Translations under genes and position numbers: made by a program
In this document: positions 9,230 through 20,727 of the stretch, in pieces
Numbering within the stretch: position 1 is the stretch's first letter
How the letters are laid out: every line of letters starts with the position of its first letter
The notes under the pieces: generated by a model
What the model saw: the letters and a program-made list of their open reading frames with translations, nothing else
What the model was told of the DNA's origin: nothing
Database searches by the model: none
From: an uncultured delta proteobacterium
GTDB lineage: Bacteria > Myxococcota_A > Polyangia > Haliangiales > Haliangiaceae
Length of the DNA: 64,000 nucleotides
Reading direction: 5' to 3'
Assembly: GCA_963848295.1 (NCBI GenBank)
Contig: CAWKDB010000010.1
Coordinates: forward strand, 1,184,001 to 1,248,000

Positions 9230-10113
9230 GCCAACGCCTGCGCGCGGAGCTCGGCGCGCAGTTGCTCGGTCAGCGCAGCGCTCGCGGCGACGAGCGGCAG
9301 CCGGACCTCGGGCGTGCAGCGCCCGAGCACGGCGAGCGCGGCCTTGGTCGGCGCGGGGCTCGGCTCCGCGAACAACAGGTTCATCAGGTGGCGCAGCTTG
9401 TAGTGTGCCTTGCGCGCGCGGTCCCAATCGCCGGCCTTCACCGCGTCCCACATCTCCGCCATGTCGTGCGGCGCGACGTTCGAGACCACCGAGATCACGC
9501 CCTTCGCGCCGAGCGCGTAGAGCGGAAACGCCGTGCCATCGTCGCCGGATAGCACCGAGATCTGCTGGCCGACGCGCGCGATCAGCTCGCCGCCTCGGAC
9601 GAGGTTACCGGTCGCGTCTTTGATCGCAACGATGTTGTCGATCTCGGCGAGCCGAGCGACGGTCTCGGTCAGCATGTCGCACGCCGTACGCGACGGCACG
9701 TTGTAGAGCACGATCGGCAGCTTCGTCGACTTCGCGATCGCCTCGAAGTGCCGGTACAACCCCTCCTGGCTCGGCCGGTTGTAGTACGGCGTGACGTGGA
9801 GCAGCGCATCGGCGCCCGCTTGCTCGGAGGCCTTGGTCAACACGAGCGCCTCGGCGGTCGCGTTGCCGCCGGCACCGGCGACGACCGGGACGCGCCCGCG
9901 CGCGGCCTTGACCATCGCGGCGATGACCGCGACGTGCTCGTCGACATCGAGCGTCGCGGATTCGCCGGTGGTGCCGACCGAGACGATGCCGTCGATGCCG
10001 TGCTCGATCTGCCAATCGACGAGCTTCCCGAGCGCGGTGAAGTCGACTTTACCGTCGGCGAACGGCGTCACGAGCGCGGTGAGACAGCCTTCGATCGGAG
10101 TCGGTTTCGGCAT
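9226..10113 (-). CDS. dapA: 4-hydroxy-tetrahydrodipicolinate synthase
   Basis: TALVTPF, GTTGESATL, VTPYYN, LYNVPSRT, IKDATG, SGDD, ISVVSN. Confidence 0.97.
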   Translation of the reverse strand: MPKPTPIEGCLTALVTPFADGKVDFTALGKLVDWQIEHGIDGIVSVGTTGESATLDVDEHVAVIAAMVKAARGRVPVVAGAGGNATAEALVLTKASEQAGADALLHVTPYYNRPSQEGLYRHFEAIAKSTKLPIVLYNVPSRTACDMLTETVARLAEIDNIVAIKDATGNLVRGGELIARVGQQISVLSGDDGTAFPLYALGAKGVISVVSNVAPHDMAEMWDAVKAGDWDRARKAHYKLRHLMNLLFAEPSPAPTKAALAVLGRCTPEVRLPLVAASAALTEQLRAELRAQALA

Positions 10114-10187
10114 GGAAATCCTAGGCACATAGCTACAACGCTTGAGGCAAAAATGCCATTCCACAAGGACTCGTGTACCGTCGGCAG

Positions 10188-11132
10188 ATGCGAGCAACCG
10201 TGGCGTTCGTGGTATCGGCGGTGGCGCTTGCCGCGTGCACTGACAGCATCTCGATCGACGACTTCGCTCAGAAATTCCGCGACGGGGAGTGCACCGCCGC
10301 GGTCTCGTGCGACGAGGTCCCCGACACCGCGACGTGCGACGCGTCGATCACCATCGGCGGCACCGACTTCGAAACCGTCGTCGCCGAGGTCAAGGCAGGC
10401 ACGGTGATCTACGACGGCGATGCAGCTGCTCGGTGCTTGGCGTTCCTGACCAACGACTCGTGTACGTTCACCGGCTTTCACGGTGGTCAGGACTGCGAGA
10501 GCATCTTCGAAGGCACGCTCGCGACAGGCGCGGCCTGCCTCGAGGACGAAGAGTGCAAAGGCTACAAGACCCAGACCGCGGACTGCGCCGAGACCGATGA
10601 CACGTGTGATCGGAGCACCGCGTGTTGCCCCGGCGTTTGCACCGCGGTTCCGCGGGCCGCGGCCGGGGCTTCGTGCGCCACCACCGACTGCGCGGACGGC
10701 CTGTACTGCTCGAACGTCGACCGGACGTGCAAGACGCTGGGCGCGACGGTCGGCGCCGCGTGCGAAGCGATCGATGGCTGCGAAGATCCGATGTACTGCA
10801 AGATCCCGGCGATGGGGCAAGCCGGCATGTGTGCCGACGCCGCCGCCGCTGGGGCGACGTGCGACCCGACCGCCAACGAGCCGTGCGTCGACGGCCACCA
10901 GTATTGCGACATGACGACGATGACGTGCACCAACAGGGCCGCAATCGGTAGCGCATGCTCCGACACCGTCCCGTGCGCCTACGACGCGAACTGCGACGGG
11001 ACTTCGAACACCTGCGTCGCCGTCCCCGGGCCGGGTGACGCGTGCACGACGACGACCGGATGCCTCGGCAGCCTGGACTGCACCAACTCGGTCTGCACCT
11101 TGCCGACCTCTACCACCACGACGTGCATGTAA
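10188..11132 (+). CDS. Cys-rich lipoprotein, paralog 1
   Basis: Lipobox LAAC; 35 Cys; repeated GxxC-C-C-C modules. Confidence 0.85.
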   Translation: MRATVAFVVSAVALAACTDSISIDDFAQKFRDGECTAAVSCDEVPDTATCDASITIGGTDFETVVAEVKAGTVIYDGDAAARCLAFLTNDSCTFTGFHGGQDCESIFEGTLATGAACLEDEECKGYKTQTADCAETDDTCDRSTACCPGVCTAVPRAAAGASCATTDCADGLYCSNVDRTCKTLGATVGAACEAIDGCEDPMYCKIPAMGQAGMCADAAAAGATCDPTANEPCVDGHQYCDMTTMTCTNRAAIGSACSDTVPCAYDANCDGTSNTCVAVPGPGDACTTTTGCLGSLDCTNSVCTLPTSTTTTCM

Positions 11133-11176
11133 CTCCCATCTTGGGTCTGCAAACAAGCTCGTGTAGGGTCGGCCCC

Positions 11177-12139
11177 ATGAAGACCATCCTCGCGGGCCTG
11201 GTGCTCGCGGCGACCACAGTGGCGTGCGACGGCGGCGGCGGCGGCGGCATCGCTCTTAGTGATCTCGCCGCGAAGGTCGCTGCTGCGAACTGCGCGGGTC
11301 AGGTCGCGTGCGACGAGATGCCCGACGACGCGACGTGCGCGGCGACCGCGCATACCGACAACACGGAGCAAGAGACCCTGCTCGCCGAGGTCAAGGCCGG
11401 GACGGTGATCTACAACAGCTCGCTCGCGGCCCAGTGCATCGCGTTCTTGCAGGACACCTGCGAGTTCCAGGGCACGCACGTCGTGAACCCGTGCCTCGAG
11501 ATCTTCGACGGCACGCTCGCGGTCGGCTCGCCGTGTGAAGAAGACCAGCAATGCAAAGGCTTCAAGGCGCAGACCGCGAGCTGCGTCCAGACCGACGAGA
11601 CGTGCTCGCGAGTGAGCGCGTGCTGTCCGGGAATCTGCACCGCGGCGCCACCGCTCGCGGCCGCGGGTGCGAGCTGCGCCGAGACCGCCTGCGTCGCCGG
11701 CTACTATTGCGCACAGACGACCGAGATCTGCGAGCCGATCGTGACGACGGCGGGCGCGGCGTGCGACGGCTTCGACGGCTGCGCCGATCCGATGTACTGC
11801 AACGAGTCCGAGACCGGCACCGAGGTGTGCACGTTGGCCGCGGCGACCGGGCAAACGTGTGACCCGACGGCGCTGGCCCCATGCGCGAGCTCGAACGCCT
11901 ACTGCGACGAGACCAGCCTGCTGTGCACCGCGAAGGCTCTGCCCGGTGCCGCGTGCTCGGAGACCGTGCCGTGCGTCGGCGAGGCGAACTGTGACGTGAG
12001 TGGGCTGTGCGTCGCGATCCCGACCGAGGGCCAGGCCTGCTACACCGGCGGAGGCGTCGAGTGTCTCGGCGAGCTGACGTGCTCGGCGACGTCGGTCTGC
12101 ACGCTCGCGACCGCGATCATCACGACCTGTACGATGTAG
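11177..12139 (+). CDS. Cys-rich lipoprotein, paralog 2
   Basis: Lipobox TVAC; 35 Cys collinear with paralog 1. Confidence 0.85.
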   Translation: MKTILAGLVLAATTVACDGGGGGGIALSDLAAKVAAANCAGQVACDEMPDDATCAATAHTDNTEQETLLAEVKAGTVIYNSSLAAQCIAFLQDTCEFQGTHVVNPCLEIFDGTLAVGSPCEEDQQCKGFKAQTASCVQTDETCSRVSACCPGICTAAPPLAAAGASCAETACVAGYYCAQTTEICEPIVTTAGAACDGFDGCADPMYCNESETGTEVCTLAAATGQTCDPTALAPCASSNAYCDETSLLCTAKALPGAACSETVPCVGEANCDVSGLCVAIPTEGQACYTGGGVECLGELTCSATSVCTLATAIITTCTM

Positions 12140-12174
12140 CGCCGCGCGCGACGCGGCTCGTGTACCGTCGAGGG

Positions 12175-13152
12175 ATGCGCGTCGCGTTGCTCGTCCTGGT
12201 GGTCGCCGCTGCGTGTGGCGGCCATCACGACGGTGGCCCCGATGCGAGCGGCGATGTAACGAGCGGCCTCTCGCTCGGCGATTTCGTCACGATGCGGCAC
12301 GACGCGATCTGCGCCGAGCAAGTCGCGTGCAGTGCGATGCCCGACACGGCGACGTGCGATGCGGTGCTCGCGATCGACACGACGGAGCTCGAGACTGTCG
12401 TCGCCGATGTCATCGCCGGTACGGTGACCTACGACGGCAACGCGGCGACCGCGTGCCTCGCCTACTTGCAGGGCGGCTGCACGTTCGCGGGCTTTCACGT
12501 GCCGAGCCCATGTGACACGGTGTTCGATGGCACGCTCGCGATCGGCGCTGCGTGTAACGAGGACGAAGACTGCACCGGCTACGTCGCGGGCCGCGCGACC
12601 TGTGTCGCGACGACCACGACGTGCGATCGAACGACCGCTTGCTGCGCCGGCAGCTGCACGGCCACCGCCGCGAAGGGCGCGCTGGGCTCGCCGTGCACCG
12701 GCCCGACGTGCGGCAGCGGGTTGTATTGCTCGGACATGACCTCGACCTGCACCGCGATCGCGACCACCGCGGGGATGAGCTGTTACGGCTTCGACGGCTG
12801 CGCCGATCCGATGTATTGCGACGCGCTGTCGGGCTCCGATGGGATCTGCACGAACGCCGCGGCGTCTGGTGATGTCTGCGAGCCGACCGCGACGTTGCCG
12901 TGCGTCGAGGATAGCGACTACTGCGACGTCGAGACCGCGATGTGCACGCCGAAGGCCGCGATCGGCCACGCATGCTCGGCGACGGTCCCGTGCGTCGGGT
13001 TCGCGAACTGCGATGTCACCGGCCTGTGCATCGCGATCCCGACCCAAGGCCAGCCGTGCTTCACCGGCACCGGCATCGCGTGCCTCGGCGACCTGACCTG
13101 CGTGGACTCGCTGTGCACGGGGCCGGCCACCGCGATGACCTGCGCGCCCTAG
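12175..13152 (+). CDS. Cys-rich lipoprotein, paralog 3
   Basis: Lipobox AAAC; 35 Cys collinear with paralogs 1 and 2. Confidence 0.85.
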   Translation: MRVALLVLVVAAACGGHHDGGPDASGDVTSGLSLGDFVTMRHDAICAEQVACSAMPDTATCDAVLAIDTTELETVVADVIAGTVTYDGNAATACLAYLQGGCTFAGFHVPSPCDTVFDGTLAIGAACNEDEDCTGYVAGRATCVATTTTCDRTTACCAGSCTATAAKGALGSPCTGPTCGSGLYCSDMTSTCTAIATTAGMSCYGFDGCADPMYCDALSGSDGICTNAAASGDVCEPTATLPCVEDSDYCDVETAMCTPKAAIGHACSATVPCVGFANCDVTGLCIAIPTQGQPCFTGTGIACLGDLTCVDSLCTGPATAMTCAP

Positions 13153-14919
13153 CGCATTTCGGAACGCGACGCCAGCAGCGACTCGCCATCGCGCAGCGGC
13201 AGCTCGATCGCGAACCGCGCGCCACCGCCGGCTGCCTCGCTGATCGTGATCCGACCACCGTGATCCGACACGATACGGTGGACGATCGCGAGGCCCAACC
13301 CGGTGCCGCCCTGGTCGTGCTTGGTCGTGAAGTACGGCGCGAACACCTTGTCTTTGACCTCGGCCGGTACGCCCGGGCCGTTGTCCTCGACGACGAGCAG
13401 CGCGCGGTCGCCGATGTACTTCGTGCTGACCGCGATCCGGCCACCTTCGCGTCCACCGAGCGCATCGCGTGCGTTCTCGACGAGGTTGAGCAGCACTTGG
13501 TTGATCTGGTTCTTGTCGCCGTCGAGCTGCGGCAGCGCCGAATCGAGCGTGACGTCGACCGGCATCGCGCCGCCTTGGTACAGCGCCAACCCCGAGCGCA
13601 CCGTGTCGTTGAGATCCATGCGCGCGAGCTCTGGCTTCGGCATGCGCGCGAAGTCCGAGAACTCCGCGACGATGTGCTTGAGCCGATCGGCTTCTTGCAA
13701 CACCGTCGTCGTCGACTCCTCCATGATCTCGCCGAACGACGGGTGCTGCTTGCGCCACGACTTGCGCAGCGTGTCCATCGCCATCTGGATCGGCGTGAGC
13801 GGATTCTTGATCTCGTGCGCGAGCCGGCGCGCGATCTCTTGCCACGCGGCGATGCGCTCGGCGATCACGAGGCGCTCCTTCGAGGTCTTGAGATCTTCCA
13901 TCATCAAGTTGAACGCGTTCGCGACCTCGCCGACCTCGTCGGCCGAGCGCACCGGCACGCGGTGGTCGAGCTCGCCGCGCGCCGCGGCGACCGCAGCCGG
14001 CGACGAGCAGATCGAGATCGCGCGCCGTGCGCCGTGCGACGAACAGGCCGACGACGACGACCGCACCGAGCGCCGCGAGGGCGAGCGCGGCCGAGGTCAG
14101 CGCGACGACGAACAGCACGTGATCGAGGTCGCCGTCCGACACCGCGGCCTCGATGTAAGCGACCGGCGTGCCGTCCGCGCCGAGCAGCGGCGTACGCAGC
14201 GGCGGATCCTTCGCGAGGCTCGCCCAGTCCTTCTCGGCCGGCGGCAACAGCACCTCGCCACTCGGCGTGACGATCCGTGCATCGACCCGACCGGGCCGGC
14301 GCACCGACGCGAGGATGTCGTCGGTGACGCGATGGCCGGCGAGCACCGCGACGGTGTAGCCGCGATCGCTGGCGGTCTTCGCGGCCTCGGCGACGAGCAC
14401 GGTCTCGATCGTCGAGGCGGTCATCACCTTGTCGCGCGCGAAGAACGCCGCGCCTTTGGTCGCCTCGGCGAGCTGCCGGATCTCCGGCTTGCCGCTGTCG
14501 AGCTCGCCGCGAAAGTGCGGCGCGATCTTGACGCGATCGTCGGGTCCGGTGATCGCGAGGATGTCGAGTGCGAGCCCGTGCATGACCATGCCGGATTGCT
14601 CGCGCAACTTGCGCTGTGCGGTGCGGCGATTCTCTTCGGCGATCTTGTCGAACGTGCCGTCGATCGGCGGAAGCTCGCTCAACAACAAGCTGCCGACGAA
14701 CGGGTTCTCGCGGCTCGCGAGCGAGTCTGTCGCCTGCGCGACCTGTGACTCCAGGCGGCGCAGCTCGAGCTGCACGGTCTTGTCCGCGAACCGGCGGGTC
14801 GCTTCGTAATCCTCGCGATAGCTCGTCGCGATCACGCGACCGGTGATCACGGCCGCGACCGCGATCGGCACGAGCGCGGCGAGCGCGAGCGTCAGCGTGA
14901 ACCGGCCGCGCAGCTTCAC
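13149..14919 (-). CDS. NtrY-like HAMP sensor histidine kinase, apparent frameshift near 13995
   Basis: N-terminal TM, periplasmic domain and TM in one frame; HAMP (GELDHRV...DEVGEVANAFN), AHEIKNPLTP, NARDA, DNGPG, GTGLGL in the next frame. Confidence 0.85.
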
Positions 14920-14998
14920 CGCAGTACCTCGCTGCGCTCGGCCTGCGGCGCAAGCCCGCCCTCGACCTGCCGCCGCCGCTCGCTTCGCTCGCTGACCC

Positions 14999-16494
<1,496 letters not shown>

Positions 16495-16498
<4 letters not shown>

Positions 16499-17494
16499 TT
16501 CAACCTCCACAGATCGACCCGGGTCTCGCCGGGGATGCGCACCGCCGCGACCGCGATCGGCGCCCCCGTACCGTCGAGGTCCCCGACGACGATCGCCGCC
16601 ACGCCCTCCGCCCTCCACTCCTTGCGGTACAGCGGCCTCTTGTCGTCGCCATCCCACGTCACGACCTTGATCGTATCGGGATCGCCGGGCGCGCTCGCGG
16701 CGGCGTAGATCACCTCGGGCGAGCCATCGCGATCGAAGTCCGCGATGTCGAACGCGTAGCCGACGTTGCCGAGCTCGTGATGACCGGCCGGTTCGCAGCC
16801 GTTCGCGCCGCAGGCTTGCGCGCTGACGTCGAGCCTGCCCGCGAGCGATAGCGTCGCGCGGACCTCGAGCTTGCGCGCTTGCGGATCGAGCAGCTCGCGG
16901 CAGCGCATCGTCGTAGAACGCGCTCGGCCCGCTGCCGACGTGATCGCGTCCCGCCGCGAGCAGCACCGTGCGTTCGCCCGGGCACAGCGCGAACCCCGAG
17001 CCACCGGGCTCGCCGACCAGGGTCTTGCCGCGCCACGACACTCGCAATCGCGTCGCGTAGGTCGACACGCTCGCGACGAGCACGCTGCCATCGGTGATCG
17101 CCGCACCGACGACATCGCGCGGCGCCGCGACCCGCCGCTCGCCCGAGAACGGCACGCGCCCGATCTCGCGGACGCGATGCTCGCCGACCGCGAGCGCGAT
17201 CACCTCGCGCGCGGTCACCGCATAGAGCTCGGGCTTGCCGTCGCCGTCGAGATCGGCGAACGCGAGCGCGACCAGCGGCGCATCGAGCTCGGGCGAGCCC
17301 AGCTTCTGCGGTCTCCAGCGCACCGCGATCGGTGTCGGCGGTCGTGGCGCGGCAGGGGCCGCGTCCTGGGCCGCGGCAGCGGCGAGCCCCGCGCGCACGT
17401 CGGCCGCGAGATCGTGAAGCGCGGCGCTGGAGTCGGCGAACGCCGGTGCCGCGAGCGCGCACGACGCGACCACCGCGCGAAGGAGGACGCTCAG
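16495..17494 (-). CDS. Secreted FG-GAP/VCBS-repeat protein, apparent frameshift near 16910
   Basis: Signal-like N-terminus; ADLDGDGKPEL, ADFDRDGSPEV and GDLDGTG motifs split across two frames; start uncertain. Confidence 0.7.
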
Positions 17495-17496
17495 AC

Positions 17497-19887
17497 TCAG
17501 TCTCCGTACTCGCCGGTCACCGACGTCGCCTCGGTCTCCTCGCCGGGCTTCGCCGCGACCTCGGTCGGCTGCGTGCCTTCGACGAACACCTCGTCGAGCG
17601 TCGTTGCCTTGGGCGCACCGTCGGGCGCGAGCAAGCCCGTCGAGCGGTCGATCAGGGCCTCGACGACGTGCGGCGGGCGCGGGAACGCCTTCGCGGGCAG
17701 GTCGAGCTGCTTCGCGATCTCGAGGAACACCGGCGCGGCGACCCTCGCGCCCTGCTCGCCTGGCATCGGCCGATTGTCGTCGTAGCCGATCCACACGCCG
17801 ATCACGATGTCCGGCGTCATGCCGATGAACCACGTGTTGCGCGCCTCGTTCGACGTGCCGGTCTTGCCCGCGATCGGCACCTTGAGCTTCGCGCCGATCT
17901 CGGCCGCAGTGCCCTCGGTCACGACCGATCGCATCATGTCGGTCGTGATGTAAGCGACCTCGGGGCGCAGCACTTGCTGGCCGGGGTCGTCGGGCTCGGC
18001 CTTGCCGTCGATCGCGTCGATGAAGCGCGGCGGCGCGTAGATCCCACCGTCGGCGAGCGACGCGTACGCGTTCGTGATCTCGAGCGGCGTGACCTCGCCG
18101 GCGCCGAGCGCGAGCGACATCTCCTTGGGCAGCTCGCTCTGGATCCCGAGCTGCTTCGCCATCGCCGCGACCGACTCGGGCTTGACGTCGTAGGTCACGC
18201 GAATCGACACCGTGTTGATCGACTTCGCGAGCGCGGTGCGCAGCCGCACCGGCCCCTCGTACGTGCCGGTCTCGAAGTTCTTCGGCTTCCACAGGTCGAA
18301 CACCTCGGGCGCGTCGTTGACGATCGACGCCGGCGTATACTTGCCTTGATCGAACGCGGTCGCGTAGACGAACGGCTTGAATGCCGAGCCCGGCTGGCGC
18401 TTCGCCATCGTCGCGCGGTCGAATCCGCCCATCACGCTGTGAAACCCGCCGACGAGCGCGCGCACCTTGCGCGTCTTGACGTCGATGACGACGACCGCAC
18501 CTTCGGCGCCGGTCGGCCACACCGCGTGCGCGACCGGGTCGGTGACGCCCTTGACCTCGGGGACCTCGACATCGACGATGTCGCCCTTCTTGAACCGCTC
18601 GCTCGGCTTCTTGTTATCGACGTTGAACCGCGCGTCCCAATCGCCGGTGAGTGCGAGCGTCGCGGGGAGATGCCCGACGTCGAGCGTGAGCTGTTTCGGA
18701 TCGTCGCTGACCGCGGTGACGACCGCGTCGTAGATCTGGTGCGGCTTGAGCGCGCCGTGCGCTCTCGCCAGCCTCGCGATCTCCGCGTCGATCTTGTCGG
18801 GCTTGACCGAGCGCACGACGCGCCCGAGATGATGGCGCGAATCGACCGCGCGAATGCCATCGCGCAAGGACGTCTCGGCTCGCGACTGCATCGCCGGATC
18901 GAGCGTCATCCGCACGCTCGCGCCGAGGTGATCGATCGCTTCCTTGACCTTGTCCGGATCGGAGCCGACTTGCTTCTCCACCCGCGCCTCGAGCTCGGAC
19001 GTCGCTTCGCCCATCCATTCCGGATCCGCGCCCGCGGCATGCTGCTCGTAGATCTGGATCGGCGCGTCGATGTACTTCTGCGCGTCGGCCGCCGAGATCT
19101 TGCCCATCTTGAGCATCGACTGGAGCACGTAGACCTGGCGCGCCTTGACCTGCTCGGGGTGCTTGCCCCCGTGCAGCTCCTTGTAGAAGATCTCGGGCGA
19201 CTTCGGCAGCGCGCCGAGCAGCGCGGCCTCGCCGATGTTGACCTGGTTGATGTCCTTGCCGAAGTAGAGCTTCGCCGCCTCGCCGACGCCGAACGTGTTG
19301 TGCCCGAGGTCGGTCTCGTTGAGATACAGCGTCAGGATCTCTTCCTTCGACAGCGCGGTCTCGAGGCGACGCGCGAGGATGACCTCCTGGATCTTGCGCT
19401 TGAACGAGCGCTCGGGCGTGAGCAGGAGGTTCTTCACGACCTGCTGGGTGATCGTCGACGCGCCCTGGGTCGTGTGGCCGGCGCGGATGTTCGCGACGAA
19501 CGCGCGCGCCATCCCGAAATAATCGACCCCGTGGTGCTCCCAGAACTCGTGATCCTCCGCGGCGACGAATGCGTTGACCACCAGCGGCGGGATCTTGTCG
19601 TAGGGCAAGAACGAGCGGTGCTCGCTGCCGATCTCGCCGATCTCGTGGTCGTTGCGATCGAGCACCTTCGTGACCTGCTTGGGGTGCTCGAGCAGCTTGC
19701 GCAGGCCCTCCATGTTCTCGATCGTCGGGAGGTTCGGATCGCGCCCATACATCCAGAACACCAGCGCGATCGTCGCGGCGCCGAGCGCGATGCCGACCAG
19801 CCCGGCGATGCCCGTCCACTTGAGGATCGTCAGCCACAGGCGACGCTTCGGCGCGGCGACCTCGCGCTTCGGTTTTGGGGGCTGCAT
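17497..19887 (-). CDS. mrcA: Class A penicillin-binding protein (PBP1A family)
   Basis: GT51 motifs EDHEFWEHHG, GASTITQQVVKN, RKIQE; TP motifs SAFK, SIN, KTG; start uncertain (19887, 19905 or 19953). Confidence 0.92.
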   Translation of the reverse strand: MQPPKPKREVAAPKRRLWLTILKWTGIAGLVGIALGAATIALVFWMYGRDPNLPTIENMEGLRKLLEHPKQVTKVLDRNDHEIGEIGSEHRSFLPYDKIPPLVVNAFVAAEDHEFWEHHGVDYFGMARAFVANIRAGHTTQGASTITQQVVKNLLLTPERSFKRKIQEVILARRLETALSKEEILTLYLNETDLGHNTFGVGEAAKLYFGKDINQVNIGEAALLGALPKSPEIFYKELHGGKHPEQVKARQVYVLQSMLKMGKISAADAQKYIDAPIQIYEQHAAGADPEWMGEATSELEARVEKQVGSDPDKVKEAIDHLGASVRMTLDPAMQSRAETSLRDGIRAVDSRHHLGRVVRSVKPDKIDAEIARLARAHGALKPHQIYDAVVTAVSDDPKQLTLDVGHLPATLALTGDWDARFNVDNKKPSERFKKGDIVDVEVPEVKGVTDPVAHAVWPTGAEGAVVVIDVKTRKVRALVGGFHSVMGGFDRATMAKRQPGSAFKPFVYATAFDQGKYTPASIVNDAPEVFDLWKPKNFETGTYEGPVRLRTALAKSINTVSIRVTYDVKPESVAAMAKQLGIQSELPKEMSLALGAGEVTPLEITNAYASLADGGIYAPPRFIDAIDGKAEPDDPGQQVLRPEVAYITTDMMRSVVTEGTAAEIGAKLKVPIAGKTGTSNEARNTWFIGMTPDIVIGVWIGYDDNRPMPGEQGARVAAPVFLEIAKQLDLPAKAFPRPPHVVEALIDRSTGLLAPDGAPKATTLDEVFVEGTQPTEVAAKPGEETEATSVTGEYGD

Positions 19888-20009
19888 GTCGCGCTTTTTC
19901 TGCAACTTGGGGACCCGCCTTGGTGGCTAATTCTCCCTCGACTGCGGCTGCATTGCCACACCATGACGTGTCTCGTCTGACACGACCAGAAACGGCGTTC
20001 ACGAACCGC

Positions 20010-20705
20010 CTAACCGAGCTTGCGAGCGAGGATGCCCTCGACGCCCCGGATCCCGAGCGTGAACCAGCGCGCGCGCAGCACGGCTTTGCGCGCTTCCGGC
20101 AGATCTCCGACCGCCCCGATCGCCGCGCGCCGGCGCGCCGCGAGCCGGCTGATCGCGAGCCCGACCGTGACGCTCAGGTTGAAGCTCTCGGTGAACCCGA
20201 ACATCGGCACCGCGATCGTGCCGTCGCTCGCCGCGATCGCGGCCGGTGTGACGCCGCTGTGCTCGTTGCCGAACACGACCGCGATCGGTGTGGCGACATC
20301 GACATCGTCGATCGAGGCGCTCGCGCCCGGCGCGGTCGCATAGACGCGAAACCCGCGCGCCTGCAACGCCGCGATCGCTGCCTCGGGCGTCGCCCAGCGA
20401 TGCAGCTCGATCCACTGATGCGCGCCCTTCGTGACCGCCGCCGCGGTCGAGAATGCGTGCTCGCGCTCGATCACGTGGAGCTCTTGTAGGCCCAGCGCCT
20501 CGCTCGTGCGGATCGTCGCGGCGGCATTGTGCGGGTCGTAGGTGTCCTCGACCACGGTCACGACCGAGCCGAGGCGCGCGGCGAGCACCTCGTCGATGCG
20601 CGCGATCCGCGCGGCGGTCAGCATCGGCTCGAGCGCGGCACAGATCGCGGCCGGGCCGTGGCGAGCGATCAAGACTTCGATCGCGTCGGGAGCAGCATCG
20701 GGCAT
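20010..20705 (-). CDS. TrmH/SpoU-family RNA 2'-O-methyltransferase
   Basis: DPHNAAATIRTSEALG, VFGNEHSGV, VPMFGFTESFNLSV. Confidence 0.92.
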   Translation of the reverse strand: MPDAAPDAIEVLIARHGPAAICAALEPMLTAARIARIDEVLAARLGSVVTVVEDTYDPHNAAATIRTSEALGLQELHVIEREHAFSTAAAVTKGAHQWIELHRWATPEAAIAALQARGFRVYATAPGASASIDDVDVATPIAVVFGNEHSGVTPAAIAASDGTIAVPMFGFTESFNLSVTVGLAISRLAARRRAAIGAVGDLPEARKAVLRARWFTLGIRGVEGILARKLG

Positions 20706-20711
20706 CCCGCG

Positions 20712-20721
20712 ATGATAGCGT
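20712..20721. promoter_or_regulatory. Overlapping divergent -10 boxes (bidirectional, leaderless)
   Basis: ATGATAGCGT gives TATCAT on minus and TAGCGT on plus, each 6 nt from a start codon. Confidence 0.6.
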
Positions 20722-20727
20722 CACGCC

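Noticed and set aside
12040..14919. 959-aa ORF
   Set aside because: Kinase N-terminus running out of frame after ~13995 into antisense of the Cys-rich gene.
17332..19980. Long antisense and alternate-frame ORFs (also 31378-33351, 44500-46230, 52727-55558 and others)
   Set aside because: Arg/Ala-rich shadow frames expected at high GC opposite well-supported genes.
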